DNA of 64,000 nucleotides from NCBI GenBank assembly GCA_963664325.2, contig CAXXDQ010000007.1, positions 480,001 to 544,000 of the forward strand, given 5' to 3'. Below are positions 39,117 through 49,463 of the stretch, piece by piece (position 1 is the first letter of the stretch; each line of letters starts with the position of its first letter). Source of the DNA: Desulfomonilia bacterium. Lineage in GTDB: Bacteria > Desulfobacterota > Desulfomonilia > UBA1062. Both the position numbers and the translations under genes were made by a program. Under the pieces are notes generated by a model. It was not told the origin of the DNA. It saw nothing but the letters and a program-made list of their open reading frames with translations, and searched no databases.

Positions 39117-42100
39117 ATGAACATAAAAGAATACACCCTTTCTAAGAAAGATGCCGAATCTCTTCGTGAGAGGGTTATAACCCTGGAAAATTCAATCAAG
39201 GAACTTGAAGATATCAGGCTGAAGTATGAATGCCTCTTCGACAGGTCTATAGAAAGTATTTATATCCACGATCTGAAAGGCAGGATGCTTGATATAAACA
39301 GGGCGGGTCTTGATCTTACAGGTTATGCAAAAGAAGAAATTCCAGGGATGAACTTGTCCGACTTCTTGAATGATAACCAGGTTAAGCAGGCCATTGACCT
39401 CATTGACGATGTAATCAATGAAGACAGCCCCATTCATCCTGTCGAGTTCAAGATCAGAAGAAAAGATGACTCCTGGCTGGTTGTCGAAGTATTTCCATCA
39501 CCTGTTTTTAAAAACGGAAAGCCTGTTGCAGTAATTGGTGTGTGCAGGGATGTAACCGACAGAAAGAATTATGAGGAGGCTATCCAGGAAAGTGAAAAGA
39601 ACTTCAGGGCCATCGCAGAAAACGCAGGGGCCGGAATACTTGTCATAACCGGTGAGGACGGCAGGTTTTCCTATGTAAACAGAATGTTTGCAGCCCTTTC
39701 AGGTTACAGCCTTCACGAACTCAGGTATAAGACAATAAAAGACCTGTCCCCGGCCGAAAATATAACCTCTCTTTTGGCAAGGCACAGTGCCATCCTCAAA
39801 GGCGGAACTTTTAAAAAAATTATCGAGGCCGAGCTTCTGCGAAAAGACGGAACTGTCATACCTGTAGAAATGATCGGCGCACGCACATCATGGAAAGGTG
39901 AGCATGCAGACCTTGTTCTGATATATGATATCTCGGCAAGAAGAAAAGATGCAGATTTATCCATCATTGACCATGAGGATCTTTATAAACTTGCTCTGGA
40001 AGCGGGCAAATTGAGATTCTGGGAATGGAATTCAAAAACAAATGAATTCCATACCCCTTCAGGAAGTCCAGATCATTCCGAATGGGGGTTCAAGGGCAGC
40101 GTCGAGGATTTTTTTAATTATATACCCGCCGAAGACAGAGAAATTATCAATCAGATCTACGATGAGGTCAGGAACGGCAAAGACCACTTTTCTTTCAAAG
40201 TCAGATTTTTCAGGGACAACATAAAGACAATATGGGGACAGATCGAGGGGAAAGTATACAGAGACAGCTCTGGCACAGCGGAAAGGGTTATCGGGATCGC
40301 GAAAGATGTTACCGAACAGGTTAGTGCGGAAGCAGAAAAAGCTGAGATGATACGTGAAAAGACCGAAATCCTGGATGCCATGGAAGAAGGGCTCATATCA
40401 TTCGATCTGAGCGGTAAAATCATTGAGGCAAACCCTGCCTACCTTAAAATGATCGGTTTTAAAAGAGAAGAACTCATCGGCATGTCCGGGCTCGAGATGA
40501 TATCAGAAACAGTCGAACATGAAGATGCTGAACGAATATTCGAACTTTTTCCTGATGCTGCATCCGGGAAAATGCTGCCTAGTTTCGACATTACTGTTTT
40601 AAGCAGAGATGGCAGGAAAACACCCGTTCATCTCACCATGTCGTATCTAAGAGACAGCACAGGCAAACCCCGAGGCATAGTGTTCTTTATAACGGACATC
40701 ACCTACCAGAAGAAAGCATGGGATCTTGTCAAATTCTCCCGTGATGAGCTCGAGTTCAGACTCAACGATGCCAATATCGAGCTGAAAGATACGATTGAAA
40801 TGCTTGATGAACAGATAAACAACAAAACCAGGCTGGAAGAACTAATCAAGCAGCAGCGTGACCTTGCCATAAGGCTTAGCGCGACCACAGATTATGATGA
40901 CCTGATCACCCATACCATGTCTATGGCAATGGGCATTCCCGGCATTGATTGTGCTGCAATCCATATAATCAACAGGGAAACAGGCGACCTGGAAATAAAG
41001 GCGCATGAGGGATTGTCAGAGGGATTTATAAATACCATTTCAAACTTCGGCCCGGACAGTTCGCAAATGAAGCTGGTCATGAAGGGGCTTCCCGTATATG
41101 GGCTTTATCCTCTTTTATTCCCAAACGTCTCAAAAGTGCGAAGGATGGAAGGAGTGAGGGGCTATGCCGTCATACCCGCCGTTTATGAAAAAAAGGCGAT
41201 CGCGGTCCTTACCATTGCTTCACGTACACTGGATGAGGTGCCCCTCTACGCAAGGGAGTTTTTTGAGACAATTGCGACGCAGGCCGGTGCCGCCCTGTTC
41301 AGGATGTGGACTGAAGACGACCTCAGAAAAAAGCACACCGAGCTCCTTGAAAGTGAGGAGAAATACAGGTCACTGGTTGAAAGCATGAATGAGGTCTTTT
41401 TCATTATAAACACTGAAGGGCTGATTACTTATCTGAGCCCTTCTGCTGGCAAGATAGTGGGTTATTCGAGAGACGAGATCATAGGCATGCATTTTCTTGA
41501 TTTTCTGCCCCCGGAGGACAGGAACAAAACCGAAAATCTTTTTTTGGATGCACTTTCAGGAAACTTCGATGAACGTGAATACAGGATACTCGACAAATGG
41601 GGAAATATCCGCTGGGTCCAGGTCTCAGTAAAGAAGTCTTACATCAAGAATCAGCTGGCCGGTCTTCAGGGCATTATCGCTGACATAACTCAACAGAAGC
41701 TTTTACAGCAGAGACTTGTCCTTTCTGAACGTATGGCGGCAACAGGCCAGCTCGCAGCATCCGTTGCCCATGAAATTAATTCCCCTTTACAGGCAATAAC
41801 CATAACGCTTTCATCCATGAAAAAGATGGCAAAAAGCACCCCCGATCTTTCGGAAGGCATAGACCTTTTAAAGGGTGCATTTGCAAGCATCAGCAGCACG
41901 GTTAAAAATCTGCTTGACCTTAACAGGCCTGGAATGGATGAAAAAAAGTTGTCAGACATTAACGATATCCTCACCAAGACGGCCTCTCTGGTAAATTCTC
42001 AATTAAAGCAAAACAAGGTCCGGGTTATAATGGAACTTGGAAAAGATCTGCCTTTGATAAATGTTTCCACTCAGCATGTGGGACAGGTATTTTTAAACAT

Positions 42101-42434
42101 CATCAACAATGCAATCGATGCAATAACCGGCGAAGCCAGAAGCAATGTGGATTACAACCGTGATACGGAAGGCGGGATCATTAAAATCAGTTCTTCGATG
42201 GAAAACGGCATGGTGACGGTCAAGATCGAAGATACAGGTTCCGGTATTGAGGAAAATGATATTGAGCGTATTTTCAAACCTTTCTTTTCAACCAAGAAAG
42301 GCACCGGTATGGGAATCGGGCTCCCCATATGCAGGACAATTATTGAAGAAAACGGAGGGACCCTGACGGCATCCAATTCCTCGCAATACAAAGGCGCTGT
42401 TTTTACTGTAAAACTACAGCCTCATAAGGATTGA
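39117..42434 (+). CDS. Cytoplasmic multi-PAS/GAF sensor histidine kinase
   Basis: Several PAS-PAC repeats, a GAF domain, AHEINSPL, NAIDA, DTGSG, PFFSTK, GMGIGL. Confidence 0.92.
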   Translation: MNIKEYTLSKKDAESLRERVITLENSIKELEDIRLKYECLFDRSIESIYIHDLKGRMLDINRAGLDLTGYAKEEIPGMNLSDFLNDNQVKQAIDLIDDVINEDSPIHPVEFKIRRKDDSWLVVEVFPSPVFKNGKPVAVIGVCRDVTDRKNYEEAIQESEKNFRAIAENAGAGILVITGEDGRFSYVNRMFAALSGYSLHELRYKTIKDLSPAENITSLLARHSAILKGGTFKKIIEAELLRKDGTVIPVEMIGARTSWKGEHADLVLIYDISARRKDADLSIIDHEDLYKLALEAGKLRFWEWNSKTNEFHTPSGSPDHSEWGFKGSVEDFFNYIPAEDREIINQIYDEVRNGKDHFSFKVRFFRDNIKTIWGQIEGKVYRDSSGTAERVIGIAKDVTEQVSAEAEKAEMIREKTEILDAMEEGLISFDLSGKIIEANPAYLKMIGFKREELIGMSGLEMISETVEHEDAERIFELFPDAASGKMLPSFDITVLSRDGRKTPVHLTMSYLRDSTGKPRGIVFFITDITYQKKAWDLVKFSRDELEFRLNDANIELKDTIEMLDEQINNKTRLEELIKQQRDLAIRLSATTDYDDLITHTMSMAMGIPGIDCAAIHIINRETGDLEIKAHEGLSEGFINTISNFGPDSSQMKLVMKGLPVYGLYPLLFPNVSKVRRMEGVRGYAVIPAVYEKKAIAVLTIASRTLDEVPLYAREFFETIATQAGAALFRMWTEDDLRKKHTELLESEEKYRSLVESMNEVFFIINTEGLITYLSPSAGKIVGYSRDEIIGMHFLDFLPPEDRNKTENLFLDALSGNFDEREYRILDKWGNIRWVQVSVKKSYIKNQLAGLQGIIADITQQKLLQQRLVLSERMAATGQLAASVAHEINSPLQAITITLSSMKKMAKSTPDLSEGIDLLKGAFASISSTVKNLLDLNRPGMDEKKLSDINDILTKTASLVNSQLKQNKVRVIMELGKDLPLINVSTQHVGQVFLNIINNAIDAITGEARSNVDYNRDTEGGIIKISSSMENGMVTVKIEDTGSGIEENDIERIFKPFFSTKKGTGMGIGLPICRTIIEENGGTLTASNSSQYKGAVFTVKLQPHKD

Positions 42435-42437
42435 ACC

Positions 42438-43016
42438 ATGATGAAGCATGAGCTCCTCATTGTTGATGATGACGACAATATCAGAAAGGCAATAGGGATA
42501 AGCCTTGCATCAGAAGAGAGGAATATAACACTGGCTGCAAGTGCGGAAGATGCAATCGAACTGATCAAGACTAAGAAATTCGATCTTGTCATAACCGACC
42601 TCATAATGGGAAGACTCGGCGGCATTGATGTTTTGAGGGAGGCAAAGACAATTTCCCCTGACACAATGGTGATAGTCCTTACAGGTTATGGTGATCTTTC
42701 ATCGGCGATCGATGCGTTGAGACTTCATGCAGATGATTATCTCCTGAAGCCTTGCGAGGATGAGGAAATGTCCGAACGGGTGGAGAAATGCCTGAAAACG
42801 GCTGACATGAAAAACCGCCTGAAAATCTATGAAAACATGCTGGCCGTATGCTGCAACTGCAAAAAAATAAGGGACGATGAAGGTTTTGAAAAAGGTGATG
42901 GCAACTGGATGAGTGTCGAAGAATATATGTTCAAAAAAGTCAAGCTTATGCCGACAAGCACCTATTGCCCGGTTTGCGCCGGGAAGGCCAGTGCTGAACT
43001 GGATAAAAAGAAATAA
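42438..43016 (+). CDS. Response regulator with Cys-rich C-terminal domain
   Basis: IVDDD, ITD, LTG, LKP; then CCNCKKIRDD..W..VEEY..YCPVC. Confidence 0.9.
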   Translation: MMKHELLIVDDDDNIRKAIGISLASEERNITLAASAEDAIELIKTKKFDLVITDLIMGRLGGIDVLREAKTISPDTMVIVLTGYGDLSSAIDALRLHADDYLLKPCEDEEMSERVEKCLKTADMKNRLKIYENMLAVCCNCKKIRDDEGFEKGDGNWMSVEEYMFKKVKLMPTSTYCPVCAGKASAELDKKK

Positions 43017-43047
43017 GAAACAGAGTCGGCCTTAAGAAAATCCGGCC

Positions 43048-44700
43048 TTACATATACCTTTTTTCAAGCCTGCTGAGCGTATATGTTTCTATGCCACTGA
43101 CAATATCATTTCTGAGCCTTAAAAGCCTGGTATCCCCCTTTAAATATTCATCAAGGAAGCCCATTCTTTTTTCGGGGCTTACGGTCCCGTAAAATGATGC
43201 ATTCAGATAACTGAGATTTTTAATTATATTGTTCGGCGTTAAGAATCGTTTGAACCTGAGCCTGTCGAGATCGATCAGATAAATATTTCCGTTCTCATCA
43301 CAAAGAATGTTCTCGCCCTTTAAATCCACATGAAAAACCCCTGTTTCATGCATTCTTCTCATGTATGCAGCAGTGACTTCCGTCAGCCTATCGGAACAGG
43401 AACCGCCTGAAACTATTTCCACAAGGTTCCTTGCATTCACGGCCTCTGTTGCAATAAACGATACCGCAAGAATGCCAAGGACTCTCTTTTCACATGCGAA
43501 TATCACCCCCGGCGTATTGAGACCGGTTGATTCGAGCATCAGTGCCGCTTCCATTGCCTTGAGCGCCCTGCTCTTCCTGAATAGATTCTTGATGGAATCC
43601 TTTATACCCTTATAATTGTAGCGTTTAAGAAAGATCCTTCCTCCTTCGAAATCCCCGTTTTTGACAAATGTGGTCTTTGAACGGTTGATCACCAGAGGCA
43701 GGCTTCCCATTATTTCGACAGGGTTTTTATCAGGAAATTTTCCTCCTTGAGGAATAAACCATTTGAACCCGTATTGCCTTTTAACCGAATAGACGGGTTT
43801 GTTCTTTTCCAGTCCGAAACCCCGGGGCATCCCTGAAATAAGCCAAAGAAAGACGGAAATCGAACGGATCATCCTCTTCCTGTGTTTATCAATGAAACAA
43901 AGAGGCAGGTTAGTCAGCGCTTCAACAACTGATTTGATCAGCGTCAGTATTATAAAAAAATCTGCCCTGACATCACCCCCATGCTTGAGAAAAAACCGGT
44001 GCATTGAACGGACAAATTCGATTGTCCGGGCTATGTCTGTTTTTTTTGCAGAGACGCCCTGATTGTGGACCAGCTTCAACCCTGGAAGGTGCCATACCTC
44101 AAACCCGGAAGCTTTTGCACGTTTGCACAAATCGGTTTCTTCCAGGTAAAAGAAAAAACCCTCGTCAAGAAGGCCTGTCTTCTCAAGCATTGAACGCCTG
44201 AGCATCATGAACGCGCCTATGACCGAAGGAACTTCAACAGGTCCGGCATATCCGGAACGCTTGCCTGGATAGGTCTTGGGAAACAATATTTTCAGCAGGG
44301 ATTTATTGATAAACTGGTTGGCCAGATTGGGTATAATATCGAAAGAGTTCTGCAGTCTGGCGTCGGGGAATATAAGCTGTATGCCGCATATACCTGCCTT
44401 TTCATTACTGATCATAAAATCCACGACTGGACTGATCACATCTGAATTAAATCTGGTATCGGGATTCAAAAGCAGTATCCACTCGCCTCCGGCTGCTTCA
44501 ATCCCCCTGTTGACTGCCCTTGCAAAACCAAGATTGCGGCTGTTTTCAATCGTTTTATCTGCCAACAAAGCTCCCAGTGGTTCCTTGGAATTGTTGACGA
44601 TAATTATTTCATGGTCTTTTCTGCAGTGTTGTCTGATTGAGTCCAGGCACCGGGTCAGTTCCATATCGACACCCATTGTAACGATTATTATGCTGACCAC
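43048..44700 (-). CDS. GT2 glycosyltransferase fused to a Kdo/WaaP-like LPS kinase
   Basis: N-half NLGFARAVN, LLLNPD, LDEGFFFYLEETDLC; C-half FLKRY, HVDLKGENIL, LIDLD. Confidence 0.85.
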   Translation of the reverse strand: MVSIIIVTMGVDMELTRCLDSIRQHCRKDHEIIIVNNSKEPLGALLADKTIENSRNLGFARAVNRGIEAAGGEWILLLNPDTRFNSDVISPVVDFMISNEKAGICGIQLIFPDARLQNSFDIIPNLANQFINKSLLKILFPKTYPGKRSGYAGPVEVPSVIGAFMMLRRSMLEKTGLLDEGFFFYLEETDLCKRAKASGFEVWHLPGLKLVHNQGVSAKKTDIARTIEFVRSMHRFFLKHGGDVRADFFIILTLIKSVVEALTNLPLCFIDKHRKRMIRSISVFLWLISGMPRGFGLEKNKPVYSVKRQYGFKWFIPQGGKFPDKNPVEIMGSLPLVINRSKTTFVKNGDFEGGRIFLKRYNYKGIKDSIKNLFRKSRALKAMEAALMLESTGLNTPGVIFACEKRVLGILAVSFIATEAVNARNLVEIVSGGSCSDRLTEVTAAYMRRMHETGVFHVDLKGENILCDENGNIYLIDLDRLRFKRFLTPNNIIKNLSYLNASFYGTVSPEKRMGFLDEYLKGDTRLLRLRNDIVSGIETYTLSRLEKRYM

Positions 44701-45653
44701 ACAGCCTCCATACGCTCTAAGACATCACGGGGCGATATGTCGCGCATGCACCTGGGATCATCACAATTGCGTTTGTTGCAGGGCGCACAGTCTTGTGATT
44801 TCCGGATTACCTCACCATACAAGGGTCCGGTCCTACCCGGATCGGATGGTCCAAACAGGGCTATAACCGGCCGGCCGAGAGCTACCGCGAGATGCATCGG
44901 GCCCGTGTCGCAGGAAACGACCAATTCGGCGCCTGCAATGATCTCCTTCAATTCGGGAATTGTTGTCTTTCCGGCAAGATTGATTACACAATCCCCGGAT
45001 TTTTCAGCAATGGACTCAGAAGAGATCACATCTTCCCTGCCGCCTGTGATTATGCTCCTGATTCCGAAGTGGGATGTGATCATTTCCGCCAGTTCCGAAA
45101 AATATTTTTCAGGCCACAAGTTTGCCTTTTTTGTGGCACCGATATTCAGCACCACATATTTTTCTGGCAAATTAAAAGGAATAATGCCCGAAACGGGTAT
45201 GTCCCAATTTATCACGGGATCGTATACTCCCAGGTATCTGGCAAAATCGAGGTACTGGACTGCCATATGCCTGCCCGCATCAGCCCTGGGTATCCTTTCG
45301 AAGGGGAACATCCATGTCGATTCCTTGCACCTGCCTTTATCGAACCCTATACGCCGTGAACTTCTTGTTGCCATTGAAAAGTAGGCGGACTTTAATATCC
45401 TCTGGAGGTCCAGAGTAATATCAAAACATTCACTCCTTAGCTCACTTAATACATAAGGAAGGGCCCTCCTCCAGTTTTTCCTCTCGAAAAGAATTACCCT
45501 GTCCACACTCGGATGCCCGTTAACTATTGGGAAACTGAGAGGCTCCACCAGCCAGGTAATACAGGCATCAATGTTTTTTTTCAGGCTGACGGCAAGCGGC
45601 AGTGTATTTATCACATCACCAAGAGCCCCGAGTTTGACAAACAGAATTTTCAT
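44688..45653 (-). CDS. GT9 heptosyltransferase family protein
   Basis: KLGALGDV, DLQ, VSCDTGPMHLA.A.G...IALFGP. Confidence 0.92.
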   Translation of the reverse strand: MKILFVKLGALGDVINTLPLAVSLKKNIDACITWLVEPLSFPIVNGHPSVDRVILFERKNWRRALPYVLSELRSECFDITLDLQRILKSAYFSMATRSSRRIGFDKGRCKESTWMFPFERIPRADAGRHMAVQYLDFARYLGVYDPVINWDIPVSGIIPFNLPEKYVVLNIGATKKANLWPEKYFSELAEMITSHFGIRSIITGGREDVISSESIAEKSGDCVINLAGKTTIPELKEIIAGAELVVSCDTGPMHLAVALGRPVIALFGPSDPGRTGPLYGEVIRKSQDCAPCNKRNCDDPRCMRDISPRDVLERMEAVWSA

Positions 45654-45843
45654 CAGGTCTTGATATTTCATAATTATTAGTTTGGCAAGCACCTGAAATT
45701 TGCAGGTTGTTTATGGGGAGCGCCGAGTAAAGAATATTACGCTGGGGCACAGGCCTAAAAAATTTCACGGAGTTTATTTATAGGATAAATTAAGTAATTT
45801 TTTTCTGGCAGCCGAGGTATGTTTTCCTATAACTGGTTACTTC

Positions 45844-46485
45844 ATGTTCAAGGCCATTTTCTGGGATAACGACGGGGTGCTAGTCGACACCGAAGAACTC
45901 TATTTCGAGGCAAACAGAGATATTCTGGCCGGAGCAGGAATTGAACTGACCAGACAGGATTTTCTTGAACTCAGTCTTGTAAAGGGAAAAGGAGTCTGGG
46001 GGCTGGTAGAGCAGAACGGCATAGCTGATCATGAAATTGAACTGCTGAAAGAGAAAAGGAACCTGTTATACAACAAAAACCTCGAATCCGGGATTCTCAT
46101 TATCGACGGCGTCAGAGAGGTACTCGATACATTCAATGGAAAATATATCATGGGGATTGTAACCAGCGCTTACAGACATGATTTTGAAATAATCCACAGG
46201 TCAACAGGGATTCTGAAATATTTCAACTTTGTCCTTGCCGGCGGTGAATATGAAAAGTACAAACCGCATCCCGCCCCTTACCTTAAGGCCATTGAATTGT
46301 CCGGTTGCAGACCTGAGGAATGCGTCGCCATTGAGGATTCGCCGCGCGGAGTCGAATCGGCGATTACAGCAGGAATCAGATGCATAGCCATACCCAGGGG
46401 TATTTCTGAAGGGCTCGACTTTACCGGAGCATGGAAAGTCCTTTCCGACATATCTCAAGTGCCGTCAGCCCTGCTGTCTGATTAA
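45844..46485 (+). CDS. HAD-family phosphatase
   Basis: DNDGVLVDTE, VTS, KPHP, IEDS..G. Confidence 0.92.
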   Translation: MFKAIFWDNDGVLVDTEELYFEANRDILAGAGIELTRQDFLELSLVKGKGVWGLVEQNGIADHEIELLKEKRNLLYNKNLESGILIIDGVREVLDTFNGKYIMGIVTSAYRHDFEIIHRSTGILKYFNFVLAGGEYEKYKPHPAPYLKAIELSGCRPEECVAIEDSPRGVESAITAGIRCIAIPRGISEGLDFTGAWKVLSDISQVPSALLSD

Positions 46486-46488
46486 CAG

Positions 46489-47328
46489 TTAAGTTTTAAC
46501 AAGGCCCATTTCAATAAGGACTTCCAGTGCAGTCGTGAAATCAAAGTCTGCTATGAGTTTTCTAAAGCGCCCCTCTGTTTTCGACAGGTTGACATAGGTC
46601 CTGAATAAGGAAAGTGCTGACAGCCCGTTTACTCTTTGAGTGTCCGGATTGAACTCCCAGGGATGAATATAAAAAACAAAGGGATTCCCTTCCCTTTCAA
46701 CGGACTCTAATCCTCGTTTTGTAAGCATATACGGCAACAGCCTGAAATAACCGCCGCCTGCAATCGGGAAATTCAGTTTACAGAACCTTAACGTTGAAAT
46801 GGGAAACTCTGCCAGATTTTTACCCTCAATCCTGTAAGGGAACCGCTTTGCCGACGGAATCCCGTAATTGTCGTGATGGACGGGGAATATACTTGAATCA
46901 TAGGCAAAGCCGAGTTCTTCCAGGATATCAAGGGCCCACAATGTCTTTTCTGTTATAGAATAAGTGGGGGCTCTGTAACCGAAAACAGGCCCGCCAGTAA
47001 TATCTTCAATTATTTTTTTTGATTTTGACACATCATCCCTGAAAACTTGAGGGGTCTGGGAACAAATAACCTGATGGCTATAGCCATGACTTGCTATCTC
47101 GTGACCGCATTCGGATATGCGTCTGATCAGAGGTTTGTTCCTTTCCGCAATCCATCCGAGACAGAAAAAGGTTGCCTTTATATTGCTCTGCTTCAGCAAA
47201 TCAAGAATAATCGATGTGTTTGACTCTACGCCAGGGACAAATCCGTCCCAATCCTGAACTTTTATGACGTTTGAAAGGGCATGCACCTGATAAAAATCTT
47301 CAACGTCAATGGTAAGCGCATTTTTCAT
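46489..47328 (-). CDS. Polysaccharide deacetylase (XrtA/PEP-CTERM-associated type)
   Basis: TIDVED, ATFF.LGW, HEIASHG, GYRAP, YDSSIFP, GGGYFRL, HPWE. Confidence 0.9.
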   Translation of the reverse strand: MKNALTIDVEDFYQVHALSNVIKVQDWDGFVPGVESNTSIILDLLKQSNIKATFFCLGWIAERNKPLIRRISECGHEIASHGYSHQVICSQTPQVFRDDVSKSKKIIEDITGGPVFGYRAPTYSITEKTLWALDILEELGFAYDSSIFPVHHDNYGIPSAKRFPYRIEGKNLAEFPISTLRFCKLNFPIAGGGYFRLLPYMLTKRGLESVEREGNPFVFYIHPWEFNPDTQRVNGLSALSLFRTYVNLSKTEGRFRKLIADFDFTTALEVLIEMGLVKT

Positions 47329-47443
47329 GTAAAATCTATCGGATGAACACAGTATAATAATTAGAGGTGAAATATCTTGAGCTTTGCGGCTCTTTGATGT
47401 AAGCCGGAATCGCTTTAATACAGAGTTATCGACGGAGGTTACG

Positions 47444-49255
47444 ATGAACTATTCCGAATCGACGATTGCAGGGATATTCCTGAACAGGGCTGAAAAATAC
47501 CAGTATGGAACCTGCATCCGACACAAGGAAGACGGCAAGTACAAAGATATAAGCTGGACCGAAATGAAGAGGAGCGTTATAAACCTCGGTCTGGGACTTA
47601 TCTCGATTGGAGTCAAAAAGGGAGATATTGTTGCAATTTTCTCGGAGAACAGGTGGGAATGGCTTGTTTCAGACCTTGCAATCCTATCCATAGGTGCAGT
47701 CGACGCACCTGTATATTCAACAAATTCTGGTGAAGAGGCGGCATACATAATCAATGATTCGGGTTCGAAAATTGTATTTGTTTCAGACAGGGATCATCTT
47801 GAAAGGCTTATAAGCATTAAATCAAAGATTAAGGGGGTAAAGAAATTCATATGTTTTGAACCTGCGGCGGCAAAGGGAAAAAATATAACCTCTTTTGATG
47901 AAATTATTGAAGCGGGAATTCAGGCAAAGGACAGAAAGGCGTTCGATGCGCGCCTTAATGAAATCGAACCGGGAGACCTGGCCACACTCATTTATACATC
48001 AGGGACAACAGGCCATCAGAAAGGGGTTATGCTTGCACATGATAATCTTGTGACCAATGTCCATCAGAGCTATGCCTCCCATCCCATGCTCAGCCATAAT
48101 GACGAAACGCTATCGCTCCTTCCCTGGAGCCATTCACTTGGCCGCAATATAGGCGTCTATCTCATGTATCATATCGGCGCCGTTATATCACTTTCGGAAA
48201 GCTTCGCGACAGTCTTGACCAACCTCGTTGAAACCAGACCCACCTTGCTTATCAGTGTACCGCGCCTGTTCGAAAAAATGTATTCCGAGATACTCTCAAA
48301 AGCTGAAAAGGCGCCGCCACTCAAGCAGAAACTGTTTAAATGGGCAAAAGAAGTGGCGGACAGGTCGGTTGATTATATAGTGCAGAAAAAGAAGATGCCT
48401 TTCGGGCTCGGTATACAATATGACCTTGCCGAAAAACTTGTATTTTCAAGCATCAGGTCAACGCTCGGCCTCAACAGGCTCATCGTATCGGTAAACGGAG
48501 GCGGTCCTATAGCAGGTGATATTGAAAGGTTTTTCAATGCAATCGGTATAGCCCTTCATAACGGCTACGGACTGACTGAAACTTCAACGGTTACTAATAC
48601 CAACACATTTGATGCTTTTGAGTTCGGTTCAGTAGGCAGACCCGTCGCTGACACTAAAGTCAGGCTTGCCGATGACGGTGAAATCCTTATCAAGGGCCCG
48701 CAGGTAATGAAAGGCTATTGGGGCAGGCCTGACGATACAAAAGCCGTGTTCAATGATGATGGATGGCTCATGACCGGCGATATCGGCAGGATCGATGAAA
48801 AGGGCTGCCTTTATATCACAGACAGGAAGAAAGATATTATCATTACTTCAGGCGGTAAAGGCATCTCTCCGCAGAATATAGAAAATACACTTATAACTGA
48901 TAAATATATCGAGCAGGCCGTTCTGATAGGCGATGGCAGAAAATACCTCAGCGCTCTTATTGTCCCCAATTTTGTCGAACTTTCTTCATGGGCCAGGTCT
49001 GAAGGATTGGCGTTTGATTCGAACGATGAATTGATTTCAAGGCCCGATGTGATAAAATTTTTCGAAACCAGAATAGAAAACTCCATGAAAGATTACGCCC
49101 GTGTTGAACAGATAAGGAAGTTCAGGCTGCTGCCCGATAATTTCAGTATTGACGGCGGTGAACTCACCCCGACATTGAAGCTCAAACGCATGCAAATTTA
49201 TCAGAAATATTCAAATACCATTGAAAGCCTGTACCCCGGTGAGGAAAGAGAGTAG
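47444..49255 (+). CDS. Long-chain fatty acid-CoA ligase
   Basis: IYTSGTTG..KG, SVPRLFEK, GYGLTE, TGDIG, TDRKKD, ELTPTLKLKR. Confidence 0.92.
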   Translation: MNYSESTIAGIFLNRAEKYQYGTCIRHKEDGKYKDISWTEMKRSVINLGLGLISIGVKKGDIVAIFSENRWEWLVSDLAILSIGAVDAPVYSTNSGEEAAYIINDSGSKIVFVSDRDHLERLISIKSKIKGVKKFICFEPAAAKGKNITSFDEIIEAGIQAKDRKAFDARLNEIEPGDLATLIYTSGTTGHQKGVMLAHDNLVTNVHQSYASHPMLSHNDETLSLLPWSHSLGRNIGVYLMYHIGAVISLSESFATVLTNLVETRPTLLISVPRLFEKMYSEILSKAEKAPPLKQKLFKWAKEVADRSVDYIVQKKKMPFGLGIQYDLAEKLVFSSIRSTLGLNRLIVSVNGGGPIAGDIERFFNAIGIALHNGYGLTETSTVTNTNTFDAFEFGSVGRPVADTKVRLADDGEILIKGPQVMKGYWGRPDDTKAVFNDDGWLMTGDIGRIDEKGCLYITDRKKDIIITSGGKGISPQNIENTLITDKYIEQAVLIGDGRKYLSALIVPNFVELSSWARSEGLAFDSNDELISRPDVIKFFETRIENSMKDYARVEQIRKFRLLPDNFSIDGGELTPTLKLKRMQIYQKYSNTIESLYPGEERE

Positions 49256-49404
49256 TCTTTCCTCCTTTAATAATTTCAAAAACATCTCAGAAAACAGTGG
49301 ATTGCATACCATCTTTATCATCCTTGAATTCTTTCAGAGTCCCTTAAAAAAATATTTTGAAATATTTTTATTTTTTTCTAAATATTCTTGTAAGCCCTGC
49401 CGAA

Positions 49405-49452
49405 ACACTATATATGGTTGATATTCTCGGCCATCGACACTATATATAGCGC
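49405..49452 (+). promoter_or_regulatory. Tandem NrdR boxes
   Basis: ACACTATATATGGTTG (49405) and ACACTATATATAGCGC (49437), 32 bp apart, immediately before nrdD. Confidence 0.88.
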
Positions 49453-49463
49453 AGGAGGATGTA

